Origin: Pecten maximus
Lineage: Eukaryota
Direction: 5' to 3'
NCBI RefSeq assembly: GCF_902652985.1
Contig: NC_047017.1
Span: 40,982,001-41,046,000 of the forward strand
DNA length: 64,000 nt
In this document: positions 38,601 through 52,650 of the stretch, piece by piece
Position numbering within the stretch: the stretch's first letter is position 1
Layout: each line of letters starts with the position of its first letter
Program-made: the position numbers and the translations under genes
Notes under the pieces: model-generated
What the model was told of the DNA's origin: nothing
The model's database searches: none
What the model saw: only the letters and a program-made list of their open reading frames with translations

Positions 38601-41600
38601 AAGAACAACAGAAAATACCAATATGCAAACGAAATCGTAATTCTGTCTCAATATAGATATAATAAGTACAAATCTAAAGGCATTTTAACGATATATTATT
38701 ATAAATACACCCTCATTTTACTATGTGATGGACGTGTGCTGTAAGGTGTGTGAAGTGTACTTTATCGGCGTCTACCGGTATCCAGGTACTGTATCGGTGG
38801 CCTAACTCACCGGTACTGACCCAGACACATGTCATTTGGAATCGTTATTAATAAGTGAGAGGCTGCGATTTGACCTGTACTACAGTACATGGCCAATCGA
38901 TCAGATTTAAACGCTCTTTGTATCGACTTATTACCTGAAAGGGAACACAATGACATAAGAATCCTTTCAAATTGTGTCTTTTGTTATGTATTTCGGCTAT
39001 TGTCAATACTATTGTCAGCCCCGTTGTTAATGGTAAGTAATTAACTTGTGTTGTACACATTTATAATACCTGCATTGTGTACAGCATGTTAGGAAACAAA
39101 GACAGCGGCACACACAGGGACGTACCATACACAGATTTAAATATAACGACCAAACAAATAGGTGTCAAGATTGGGGGAGAGATGTGTATGTCGGCGTTGA
39201 CACACGAGTATATTAGACGGGTCTGTGGCCCTGCACGACGTCAGAGATTGTGTGTGTTGTATACCCAGGGTTAAATCTGGGGGTCAATACTCCACTCATT
39301 AATACTGATGTGTGGACTAGGGTACCGATAGCAGTCACTAACTCTAGGTGTATATTTTGTACGAACGGCACTTAAACAAATTCTGGTTATTTCAAATGTT
39401 TTGTAATACATTTTCATTAAACCTAATAATTATGTTGGGTTTTTATCTTTATTTATTCTGTTTTAGTCATTTCTCCGTTAACTGAGCAAGTTCGACATAA
39501 AAAACACATAAAAAGAAAGGCAGCAACAGAAGACAAAGCAATGATAATTAAAGACAATATCAGGAATCCATTAGACGTCAAATAAACAGAGATGACACCA
39601 GGAATCCACTAGACGTCAAAAAACAGAGATGAGAGCAGGAATCCACTAGACGTCAAAAAACAGAGATGACACCAGGAATCCACTAGACGTCAAAAAACAG
39701 AGATGACACCAGGAATCCACTAGACGTCAAAAAACAGAGATGACACCAGGAATCCACTAGACGTCAAAAAACAAGGTCGACATTAGGAACCGACTAGCCG
39801 TAAACAGCTGAGACGCCATCAGGAATTCACTAGGCATCAAAACAATAGGAGAGACGACACCAGAAACTCAAGAGACATTGGAAACAGGAATTAATAACAG
39901 TAACAGGAACCCAGGGGACATCAATTCACAGAAATAAAGCCAGTTAGTGATTCAGGATGCGTCAATACAAAGGTAATGAAAAGTATCAATATAAAGTAAG
40001 GAGACATCAAAACAACAGTGAAAACAATACAAAGCACCGCTGAGACATCAAAACAACATTGAAAACAATACAAGGTACTGCTGAGACATCAAAACAACAG
40101 TGAAAACAATACAAGGTACCGCTGAGACATTAAAACAACAGTGAAAACAATACAAGGTACTGCTGAGACATCAAATCAACAGTGAAAACAATACAAGGTA
40201 CTGCTGAGACATCAAAACAACAGTGAAAACAATACAAGGTACTGCTGAGACATCAAATCAACAGTGAAAACAATACAAGGTACTGCTGAGACATCAAATC
40301 AACAGTGAAAACAATACAAGGTACTGCTGAGACATCAAATCAACAGTGAAAACAATACAAGGTACTGCTGAGACACCAAAACAACAGTGAAAACAATACA
40401 GGGCACCGCTGAGACATCAAAACAACAGTGAAAACAATACAGGGCACTGCTGAGACATCAAAACAACAGTGAAAACAATACAAGGTACTGCTGAGACATC
40501 AAAACAACAGTGAAAACAATACAAGGTACTGCTGAGACATCAAAACAACAGTGAAAACAATACAAGGTACTGCTGAGACATCAAAACAACAGTGAACACC
40601 ATACAAGGTACTGCTGAGACATTAAAACAACAGTGAAAACAATACAAGGTACTGCTGGGACATCAAAACAACAGTGAACACAATACAAGGTACTGCTGAG
40701 ACATCAAAACAACAGTGAACACAATACAAGGTACTTCTGAGACATCAAAACAACAGTGAACACAATACAAGGTACTGCTGAGACATTAAAACAACAGTGA
40801 ACACAATACAAGGTACTGCTGAGACATCAAAACAACAGTGAACACAATACAAGGTACTGCTGAGACATCAAAACAACAGTGAACACAATACAAGGTACTG
40901 CTGAGACATCAAAACAACAGTGAACACAATACAAGGTACTGCTGAGACATTAAAACAACAGTGAACACAATACAAGGTACTGCTGAGACATCAAAACAAC
41001 AGTGAAAACAATACAAGGTACTGCTGAGACATTAAAACAACAGTGAACACAATACAAGGTACTGCTGAGACATCAAAACAACAGTGGAAACAATACAAGG
41101 CACCGCTGAGGCATCAAAACAACAGTTCAAACAATACAAGGTGCTGCTGAGACATTAAAACAACAGTGAAAACAATACAAGGTACTGCTGAGACATCAAA
41201 ACAACAGTGAACACAATACAAGGTACTGCTGAGACATCAAAACAACAGTGAACACAATACAAGGTACTGCTGAGACATTAAAACAACAGTGAAAACAATA
41301 CAAGGTACTGCTGAGACATCAAAACAACAGTGAAAACAATACAAGGTACTGCTGAGACATCAAAACAACAGTGGAAACAATACAAGGCACCGCTGAGACA
41401 TCAAAACAACAGTGAAAACAATACAAGGTACTGCTGAGACATCAAAACAACAGTGAAAACACTACAAGGTACTGCTGAGACATCAAAACAACAGTGAAAA
41501 CAATACAAGGTACTGTTGAGACATCAAAACAACAGTGAAAACAATACAAGGCACTACCGAGACATCAAAACAACAGTGAAAACAATACAAGGTACTGCTG

Positions 41601-44600
41601 AGACATCAAAACACATAATCAACAATGCCAGGAACTGTTGAGACAATAGGAAGACAAACTCTGCCACAAAAATGATATGGCATCTTGTCAAAAGAAAGGC
41701 ACTGTAATGAAAGACTATGAAACTTCAGAAAAAAATGAACCCATATTGCTTTAAATGGTAAGTGTTTTTCATGCAATATATGTAGCAATTACCAAAATAT
41801 TTCATGTCCAGACATTTTTTTCTAATTAATCTAAATACTGCTTGCTATTAAGACTTAATACTCATGTAATCAATATTTGTTATTGCAATCCTTGTTATAT
41901 AATAATTAACTTGGTTTGCTAAGTTCCTCCACCGGGGTGGTTTCAAACCATCATCCTACATTTAACACTCTCCTTATTGAATATGCTACATACATTTTAT
42001 AGCTATTCCAATATTCAAAACCAGATTGACGCAAATGATAGCCAATATCATTATGTCAATAGACCGATAAACATACATGTTTAATGTAGCATTTTCTATT
42101 AGCTAGTTTACGTACCTGAAGCCCATTTGATGGTTACACTTGGAACATAAGGTTAATTGTATAGCTGTTTATACTACAGGTAGGTATGTATATAGGTATA
42201 TACTCATTACTGTTACGTCGGTTTCTATTCACTGAATGCCAACCGATATATACCGGATAAAAACCGAACTCTTAGTAATATATAACAACACGCTTGATAG
42301 ATTCAATCGAATGGAAAATAGAAAGAAACATATTCAATGAAGTTTTGTATACATATTCAATGGGTAGTTTATTCCGGATCGACGGCACTTTCTTTTGTTA
42401 TCGCTTTCATCGTACAAAATACATTAGTGGTACCCAGAGATAATATGGACATTCCATTATAGACCCAGTCAATACACATCGAAAAAGGCAGGGTCGAGGT
42501 ATTGAAAGGCTAGCACTGTAATGTGTGAAATTATCTCTAAGGTAAACAGCCAGACTATCCGGATAAGTCAACACCACATCACCCTGGTGTACGACTGTCG
42601 GGTTAACATGGCCTGTTTTAAATAGGGATACCGTCTGACAGTATGGTCAATAACACTTTTGATAGAATGGTTAACAAAATATTTGAAAGTGTGGTTAAAA
42701 CAACGTTTACAGCATGGCAAACATAAAGTTTGACGGCATGGTTAACAAAACGTTTGACAGTATGATTCACAAACTGTTTTACAGTATGGTTAACAAAACG
42801 CTTGATATGATGATTAAAACAAGATTTACAGGGGACACTTGACTTAAAACATATTTTATTGCCAATTAGATTAAGACAAAGGATTAGGCACACGCTTTTT
42901 GCAACTGATGGACGCCCTTTCCCATCATACAAATACATTCCATGGAGATAGGCATCCACATAAAAAAATGTATATGTAGAAAACTTAACAACGACACAGG
43001 TCAAGAATGAATACAAGAATACATATCAAAATTTATTGCTGGATTTGATGTAGTTATTGCACATGTCAGAACACGAGAGAGTTAAGGTCTACAGAAAGAT
43101 CTGAATTCCCAAACAGGAAAGGGACACTTGTGATTACACAGTATTGAAAGTCTGTCACCCGGGACTGACTATCGTTTGATCATTTTGTAATGAATGTTAA
43201 ATCAGCGGTGTAATCACTGCTGCTATATGTTTAAATGAAAACAAGATTCAAAGAAAATGCCCCCGGCAGAGAAAGGAAAGAACCTTATGTGATAATAATT
43301 CAGTGTTGTTCTCCACGGGAAGTAGACAATATAATGGGTGAATATCCGCCATGGAAAGAGAGTCAAATGATGAATAAAAGGCATGATAACATGATAAAAC
43401 TGTACATACAAGACATGTGTTTACTGTGTAGCTACAATAAACGATATCAAACTGTAATTACAAAAAATCGATATCACATGACGGTATCAATCATTCCGTT
43501 TCATGTTTGTAAGTATTGTACTTTTTCTGAAACATTTCCTTCAAAATAAGACATTATTCCTCGACACAAACACGAAACGAGTCTAATATTTGCCTTTATA
43601 CCCCGAAAATCTTTGTAATAAAACATCTAATGTGTTGTGGAGAATTTCTCCACAGGGATCTCTACTGATGTTTGTCTCACTGTATCCGTGACGTCACTTT
43701 GTCTAATGCCGCTGTCACGTAATCACGTTCTCAGTACGATGTGTTGTAATTAACACGTGATCAGAGTAGTAAACAGGACAATGTCTATGGACAGTAAAAC
43801 CTACATATCGGTCAGAGTAGTAAACAGGACAATGTCAATGGACAGTAAAACCTACATATCGGTCAGAGTAGTAAACAGGACAATGTCTATGGACAGTAAA
43901 ACCTACATATCGGTCAGAGTAGTAAACAGGACAATGTCTATGGACAGTTAAACCTACATATCGGTCAGAGTAGTAAACAGGACAATGTCTATGGACAGTA
44001 AAACCTACATATCGGTCAGAGTAGTAAACAGGACAATGTCTATGGACAGTAAAACCTACATATCGGTCAGAGTAGTAAACAGGACAATGTCTATGGACAG
44101 TTAAACCTACATATCGGTCAGAGTAGTAAACGGGACAATGTCTAACGACAGTAAAACATACATATCGGTCAGAGTAGTAAACAGGACAATGTCTATGGAC
44201 AGTTAAACCTACATATCGGTCAGAGTAGTAAACAGGACAATGTCTATGGACAGTTAAACCTACATATCGGTCAGAGTAGTAAACAGGACAATGTCTATGG
44301 ACAGTTAAACCTACATATCGGTCAGAGTAGTAAACAGGACAGTGTCTACGGACAGTTAAACCTACATATCGGTCAGAGTAGTAAACAGGACAATGTCTAT
44401 GGACAGTTAAACCTACATATCGGTCAGAGTAGTAAACAGGACAATGTCTAACGACAGTAAAACATACATATCGGTCAGATTAGTAAACAGGACAATGTCT
44501 ATGGACAGTTAAACCTACATATCAGTCAGAGTAGTAAACAGGACAATGTCTATGGACAGTAAAACATACATATCGGTCAGAGTAGTAAACATGAGAGTCT

Positions 44601-47272
44601 CTATGGATAGTTAAACCTACATATCGGTCATAATAGTAAACAGGACAATGTCTATGGACAGTTAAACCTAGATATCGGTCAGAGTAGTAAACAGGACAAT
44701 GTCTATGGACAGTAAAACCTACATATCGGTCAGAGTAGTAAACAGGACAGTGTCTATGGACAGTAAAACCTACATATCGGTCAGAGTAGTTAACAGGACA
44801 ATGTCTATGGACAGTTAAACCTACATATCGGTCAGAGTAGTAAACAGGACAGTGTCTATGGACAGTAAAACCTACATATCGGTCAGAGTAGTAAACAGGA
44901 CAGTGTCTATGGACAGAAAAACCTACATATCGGTCAGAGTAGTAAACACGACAGTGTCTATGGACAGTAAAACCTACATATCGGTCAGAGTAGTAAACAT
45001 GAGAGTGTCTATGGACAGTACATATCAGTCAGAGTAGAAAACAGGACAATGTCTATGGACAGTTAAACCTACATATCGGTCAGAGTAGTAAACAGGACAA
45101 TGTCTAACGACAGTAAAACATGTATGTACAATGTCTATCGACTGTGAAACTATTGGGGGATAATGTTAGTTATGTTGAGCTGTTGCAGAGCTATTATATA
45201 CTTGAGGCAATGTAAAATAACCAATTTATTACACTGCCCGAACGTGTCAGTGGACATTGATGTCTCTATGTTTAATTAAATAACGCACCAAACCTTTGAC
45301 TAACACATGATTTGAGAACAACAGCAGTACAAAAGGCGGTCAGGTAAACGAGTACTGGTACAGGTATACTATATCACCTGCTATGTAGATACAGATAGGC
45401 TATTGATTACAACTTTAGACGAGTTCCTGTCTTCAGTTATGAATATGAGAATATCTGCAAGAGACCTGCCATTGTCAGAATATAAATCGGATGTTATGAA
45501 TATGAGAGCCTCCTGGGTGCCAGTGTCAGACGGGGGAGGTGTGTTTGGTGTGCGGTATCCTGGACATTCTCCGGTAACCCATGCCAGATATATATAGGAT
45601 TACACAAGGTATCATGTTCTGGCGCTGATTAAATCAAGTAATCCGGAATTCCGCTACTCTGTCCAATTTGTACATGAACAGCCCGTGGGGGCGGTGTACA
45701 CATTTATACGCACCTGTCACAATAAATATATCTCTGCTCCAATTAATACATCTTTTCTCATCTCTACTCAAATAAATAAATCTCTATTCCAATAAATATA
45801 CCAAATTTGTTTAATAAGGCTAGATAGCGGATAAACACTATTCTCAGGATATTCAGTGGTAATGCCTTTTTCATGTTTGCAATAGTTGCATATTATACAG
45901 AAAGGGCTTAATCATGGCTTACTAATTCTTACAAAGATTACGATAATGTTTCCTGACAATACCTTTGCGGTGTTTTCGTTAACCGGGGACCCTCCTGTAT
46001 GTCGAGTAATAGACAATATCTGATAGTCATGCTGTAATATGATAGCTTGATAAAATGCCAGCAGGTCACCAGTTTTTACAACCGGCACCAATATTATAAG
46101 TCGTTCAAGGAAACGCACAATTAACTGTCGTCACCAATACCATTAAATCGTTCATGATAATATACTTTTACATTAGTCACCAATACCATTAAATCGTTCA
46201 TGATAATATACTTTTACATTAGTCACCAATACCTTTAAATCGTTCATGATAATATACTTTTACATTAGTCACCAATACCATTAAATCGTTCATGATAATA
46301 TGCTTTTACAATAGTCACCAAAATTGTATATCGTTCAGATAACATCCTTTGCAATATTCATACTTTTACAACCGTTTCCAATATCATATAGGGCTATCGC
46401 TAACGAAAACAGGCAATTAACAGCCGTCACCAATGTTATAAGTCATTCAAGAAAACAGACAATTAACAATCGTGACAGATATGATTAGATCGTTCAGAAA
46501 GCATACTTTCACAATCGTCACCAAATCCAATATCATATACATTTATCTCTCACAAAAATATTCACCATAGCATATCGCCTCATTCTAAAGAACTTCTGTG
46601 GGGAGATTCGATAGCAGGTCTACGCTCGTATAAACTACAGAGTATTTGGAGTAATTTTACTTTTTATATGTACAAAGCAAGTATATACCCTAATAATTAA
46701 TATTCTCCTTTCTAACAGGTAAAATGAAAACTGATTGTCGTTATAGTGAATGCCGTAATTGTCGGGAGGTATAGGCATGTGAATTTAGTTTTTTCATTCA
46801 GAATCAATTGACTTATATCAAACAATAGGGGTTTAACTCCTGATATAAACGGTCTTAGCGCCCTTTTTGATGATCAAGAAATTGTTTTGACAAACACAAG
46901 ATTAAAAGGCGACTGACCCCGGTATACCAAATCCGTCTAGAGCATTCATCGAGGTATTAAAACTGTGAGCATGCATAAACAAGTCTCTCCTTTATTACCC
47001 GCAGGCTTGACAACATAGACAGACACGCTGTATATAATTAAAATTTCATCGTAAAATATGTCACGAAATCACAGAAAAATTATAAACATTTTGTGAAAGT
47101 TAAACTTAAAAGTTTTCACTAGCTTGACCCGGAACTGAAAGGGTTCCGGTCATCGGTTTCCTAGCACGTATAAACAACATGTCGGTCTTACCTGAGCCTC
47201 CAGTGCCGGGTCCAGGGCAGGGGGCTGAATCTGCCCCTCCTCGTCCACCTCCTCTCCCCCTGTCAAATTCAT
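26625..47272 (-). CDS. LRRC74: Leucine-rich repeat-containing protein 74 (LRRC74A/B-like; RNI-type LRRs plus C-terminal EF-hand-like region), 13 coding exons, ~583 aa
   Basis: Exons (minus strand): 47192-47272 (inferred first), 35815-36172, 35322-35497, 34769-34876, 33234-33327, 30906-30955, 30638-30719, 30001-30086, 28368-28562, 27784-27879, 27260-27535, 26918-27003, 26625-26688 (TGA). All GT-AG with consistent phases. Family motifs EYDTDLE and YKKICSQFGVVPISYFVRHI..MRYHGLGP, and LRRs such as LDLSWNHLRQKGAVSVARGL. Confidence 0.88.
30148..30360. repeat. 53-bp tandem repeat x4 (LRRC74 intron)
   Basis: Unit TTACTAATTGATTGTAAAATACTATACAGAAATGCTTACAGAAAAACGATAAG. Confidence 0.9.
32385..32665. 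repeat. Degenerate 10-bp (GGTGTTGTTT)n tract
   Basis: Read directly. Confidence 0.85.
36688..36838. repeat. ~50-bp tandem repeat x3
   Basis: TTTATATACCGACGATCGAAAACAATACG...ACTACCAGACATT repeated. Confidence 0.85.
39560..39775. repeat. 37-bp minisatellite (CAGGAATCCACTAGACGTCAAAAAACAGAGATGACAC)
   Basis: Unit read directly. Confidence 0.9.
40000..41612. repeat. 41-bp minisatellite (GCTGAGACATCAAAACAACAGTGAAAACAATACAAGGTACT), ~39 copies
   Basis: Unit read directly. Confidence 0.96.
43760..45120. repeat. 51-bp minisatellite (TCAGAGTAGTAAACAGGACAATGTCTATGGACAGTAAAACCTACATATCGG)
   Basis: Unit read directly; gives a 17-aa periodicity in spurious ORFs. Confidence 0.96.
46128..46320. repeat. ~46-bp tandem repeat x4 with degenerate flanking copies
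   Basis: Unit GTCACCAATACCATTAAATCGTTCATGATAATATACTTTTACATTA. Confidence 0.85.
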
Positions 47273-50200
47273 CCCGTGGGGTGGGTCGAGTTTTCTTTAC
47301 CTGTCCGTCAGAATTTCCATGAATAATCCGTACAGTATATCCCCGTGTTATAGACCACACCACACCTATGAAAACCGTCGTGATTCGAAACACGCGGAGT
47401 AGTAAAGCTTACAGTGTATAACGGTAACTGAGACAAACAAACCGCGCCGGGGCTGATCGCTCAATAATACAGGCAGTCTTACTGACTGAGGCGCAGGGGT
47501 CGCAATCAGATAATCCATACACCCAATACAGCCTTATTACCATAGTCTAATCAAAATTATTTAAATAAAAGTTCCCGTATAGGTGAAAGAGTATATGAGT
47601 TGTCATACACGCTGGGATTTACTAGTAATAACTTCAGACTTAGAGACTTATTTCAATGATAAGAATTTTGATTAGGGAATACCATATGCATGGTGTTATT
47701 TCAAACTTGGCCCCGTGTATTGGCTTTTAGACAGGGTAAACACACCATGATGATAGCGCTTTGTATGGACTGTGAGGTAATTATTGTATACCTTAGGAGA
47801 GTTGGGCTGGGCTAATTATTGGATAAGATAAACGCTATAAGCCCGAGATCGGTCCGTATATGTAATAAGTGAATGAGGCGATAATGCTAAAGATATTCCT
47901 GATACGATTTTATACCGAGTTTATACACAGCCCCTGTCTTACAGAGAAATGGAACAGCTTCATTGGCAGATGTGTAACGTACATTATCAATATATTCAGT
48001 TTTACACAATGTAACTTACCATCATTATCAGAGCAGTTAATTGATATTTTCCTATTACTAAAAAGACATTACCAGTCAAATTAGTGGAGATAGTGTCTGG
48101 AGCTATCAGGGCAAAAACAGGGACTCCATCGTCCAGTAATTTCATCTTATGTACGAAAAGACTTTAATTGGTGGGATGGTCAAAGCGTTTGGCGTGATTA
48201 TTAATGTCTCATAGCTGCGTCGAAGCTGATCTACATAGTCTATATGGCTGTACCATTAGACGCCGATTAAGTGATTTGGTAGCTGATCATTCAGCCATTT
48301 TCGTATTGGTAAAATTGAAGTCGTAACGTTACAGAAAAATAATCGACTTTAGTCAATGCGATTAGTATAACTGGGCTAATGATAGGCACCTGACTGCCGA
48401 CTTACCAGAATCTGCTTTTAGTGTAGGGATATGAAGATAATGTTCTATACTTCTATGAGGAAATTTTTGCTTTGAACTCCAAAGCAAATGTGTATTTCTT
48501 TATAATGTTTGTGGTGATATTATTGAACTGTAGACTATGGAGTCAGGGATTTCCTCTTCTGCCTTCACAACATGCAATATCACTTGTTGTGGTTTATATT
48601 AGTTCCGAACTACTGTAATATAGATCTGTAGATTCCATGTCATACAGAAGAATAAGCACGCACGGTTAATTTAATTTAGATCTAACTCGAGGTAGGAAGG
48701 GTTAAAGTTTAATTAAAACCAATGTATAACTAATAGCTAAAGCACCCGGGCTAGTTACACCAGATGTTAATTTCACGCCATTATTAGTTAAAGTAATGAT
48801 GTTCATTAATAAATTTCGCTTGCAACACACTGGTTTCATTTTAAAGTATCGTATGACAGACTGACGACTTCATATACTGAAAACTACTTTTTCTAAACGT
48901 GATTGGGACAACAATGTAGTCATCTGCCAAATTATCGACTGCAACTATCTAAATGAAAAGGCCAACAAAAGAAAACAAAAAAATACAAAGTAAAACAAAT
49001 CTGACCAATGAGAACTGGCTTTACCATTTCTTAATCGACGTTGCTTTCATAGGAGGCTGAATTTATCGAAGAGCGTATCAGAACTTTTAGCAATATCAAT
49101 TTAACAAGAACTGTATCAGCCATTTTGATTAACACTACAGATTTCTATATCAGACGATTACCCCGATCTTTACCGACAGTGATAACTTACTAATACACTC
49201 TAATTAGTTTGATGATTTCAACTTATGAACTGTGATTGTTTCAGTTTTCTATGGTAACACCCATACTTCCCAGCTCTGGGGCCTTTCTTTAGTGCTCTAT
49301 AGCAGCACCCCGTACATTTCCCACCTAAAGTGTTTACATGTCGCAGTTGATTCTATATTTAGGGAATTGTCCCAAATGTCACAACAGGAAAACATGGATT
49401 TATCATATATGCGGATGTATGAAGACTAAATAGGTGGGCGTTTTGGACATCACCGCTTCTCTATTAAAGAATATCCTTTCTCTTGTTTCGTTATGACTAC
49501 CCCGGTTTCAATTTTGAGAGCATGGCATCACTTGGAATTGTTTAAGATGTCGTCGATAAAGATAGGTCTTATTACTTGGTATCCTTAGGTTTTACCGTGT
49601 AGGGTCGTTCTTCGTTTTGCCGTTTTGATTTTCCTGAATTTTGTTTGTTTTCCTTAATAATGTATTTATTTTGATATATTGATGTGAACTAAGGGAGTAC
49701 CTTTTCAGAAATTAATTAGTTAACACAGATTTGAGTGTGCGTTTGTGAGATATATTGGGGGGAAAACCGACGACAAACAGCCATCCTGTGTAAGTTTATC
49801 ACCAATCTAATTAAAATTATACAGTAATTTCCGCTTCCCTACGAAACATTATATTGCAGTGTTTCGTAGAGAGTAGTAAAGGAGCGGAAATTACAAGTCT
49901 AATTTTATTTTCCTTTTATTAATTTCCAGAAAATATCTATCCAAACATAACAATATACGGAGAAACACGTGTATAGTTTTGTTTTATTGTATTCTTTTAC
50001 CCAAGACATTACCGATGATTTATTATCGTAATGAAGCCAAATCTGTCCTATAAATGGTGTTAAGTATGTTAAATGGATCCCCAGCTGAGCCAAAGATGAA
50101 CAGTCAATGTGCGCATACGCTGAAGGAGTAATATTGTTGTGTATTTTTACACGTTAAGATAATTTATATTATAAAGTAGTAAATAAAAATAGCAGAAAAT

Positions 50201-52031
50201 AGTTTATGGTTTTGGTCCAATAGTTACCTAACATCCAGTGTATAATGATATACACAATGAATTCAAGGAATTCAATATTCCAATAGCTCATCTAATTGAT
50301 TTCTATTAAGGTGGCATGTACATCATGAATCCATTATCAAATTTAATGGCTGCGTCCCGGGGGATCATTCACTAGTATTCTGTACACCTGTGTAATTCTC
50401 ACCTGGTCACAATACCTGGTATTAACATACTCAGAAAACACAGGTCACTCACCCAGATTACACAGATTCGTGTCTAATCGCGTCTTTGTAAACCACTTAA
50501 TAATAATCCATTGTGAATTATGTACATAAATAAACGAAATTAGAAGTCAATGTCGTGTTGTTTAATACAAACGATCATCCCGCAGGTCGATAAGGTGTAA
50601 ATATGACAGAGTTATCCATCTTTGGCAGAATGTTGTATTAATTAACTGCGTTGATCTTTATCTGTATCATTTTTTTTAGTTTATCTTATTTGCGTCAACA
50701 AGTCTTGATCAACATCGGTATTACGAACATTTTTTCCGAATAGCACAAATATATAGGAACAAAATTTAAACATTTTGAATTTTTCCGTGTACTGTGTATC
50801 TCCAGTAGTGTGTTAGAGTTACTTCCCTTATTTCCTAAAATCTAGATTTTATAAATAGAAGTCCGCACCATTTCTACACCACGAGTTAGTATTAATCATT
50901 TAATGTGGTTTCCGGGATGAATCATGACATCATACTATAATACAATAGATTGAATTAGGTGAGGCAGCTTCAGAAATCTTAAGATAACATCTATTTACAA
51001 TGACCTATATCACAAAAGGTGACGTAACCGGTTTGTTTGTTGCTTCTTTGATAAACTTACACTATTATGAGCGGATAGCTATATAGAACCACCCCATGGT
51101 GTGACCTTTGTATACTTTGTTTCTATACTTAAGTAATGAATGGGCGACATTTACTTATATTTCTTGAATAAGAAAACATATGGAGGTTAACATTCTGCCT
51201 AAAGCTATGACAAGCACCTGTAGGAAATCTCTACAGTAACGGGAGTTAATGTAGGATAAACTTAGACTGATCTAATCATACTGACTGTATAATGACCTCA
51301 CACTGTTAATACTTGTTATCGTTTGTGATGTTCCAATACATCGGAATACTTATTAACAAAGAGGAAAGTTTATCCAGGAATAATTATTTTCCTTTTAAAT
51401 TTGAATCTTTTAACGACTATGTGACAAAATCAGGCCCAGTCATGTCAGTACATTAATGATTCATTAACAGTAGATGTCAACGGCACTACGAACAATGAAG
51501 TCCAATAAGTCTGCTGGACGGGATTGACATTTCATGTTCGTTTTATAGGCATTCCAAACTGGGATTAACACCATAGTCAGGTGGATGACCAGAAATATTA
51601 CGTTTGATTAAGAGTAAATTGATGTAAAGATATTTTCATTGTTATTTGTCATGTATTGTATTTACAGTTGGTGGTTATTGTAAGCTATCTTGATTATATA
51701 TCAGGAATTATAAAGACGATTTAAGATCTCAGATAATTTACCAGATTTATTCGTAAATATGGTTATAGTTAAATTGATGATTTGATCGCTCGTAGGAGTA
51801 TAGATGTTCTACTCAGCTGACACAATTAATACGGGGAAATTAATCAGGGTAGCCGTGTCCTTAATCTAATTTACATGTGGTATTTCTAGTTAGTATATTC
51901 AAATACAACTTTGTTCTGTTTAAAATAGAAATCGAAGGAATCCTTTCTAGAATAACCTTTGAATCTAACAAAAAACAAAACAAAAATAAATAAATAAAAA
52001 CAAAAGGAGACATCCTCTTAAAGCTGATGCA

Positions 52032-52650
52032 TCAGACACATCAAACAGTCGTGTACAAAACTAAGACACATCAAACAGTCGTGTACAAAACTAAGACACA
52101 TCAAACAGTCGTGTACAAAACTAAGACACATCAAATAATCATGTACAAAACTAAGACACATCAAACAGTCGTGTACAAAACTAAGACACATCAAACAGTC
52201 ATGTACAAAACTAAGACACATCAAACAGTCGTTTACAAAACTAAGACACATCAAACAGTCATGTACAAAACTAAGACACATCAAACAGTCATGTACAAAA
52301 CTAAGACACATCAAACAGTCGTGTACAAAACTAAGACACATCAAACAGTCGTGTACAAAACTAAGACACATCAAACAGTCGTGTACAAAACTAAGACACA
52401 TCAAATAATCATGTACAAAACTAAGACACATCAAACAGTCGTGTACAAAACTAAGACACACCAAACAGTCGTGTACAAAACTAAGACACATCAAACAGTC
52501 ATGTACAAAACTAAGACACATCAAACAGTCGTTTACAAAACTAAGACACATCAAATAATCATGTACAAAACTAAGACACATCAAACAGTCATGTACAAAA
52601 CTAAGACACACCAAACAGTCGTGTACAAAACTAAGACAAATCAAACAGTC
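52032..52650. repeat. 30-bp minisatellite (AGACACATCAAACAGTCGTGTACAAAACTA)
   Basis: Unit read directly; about 20 copies. Confidence 0.96.

Noticed and set aside
47106-47393. 95-aa RGG-rich ORF as an independent gene
   Set aside because: It is an alternative frame over the inferred LRRC74 first exon and runs through a strong splice donor.
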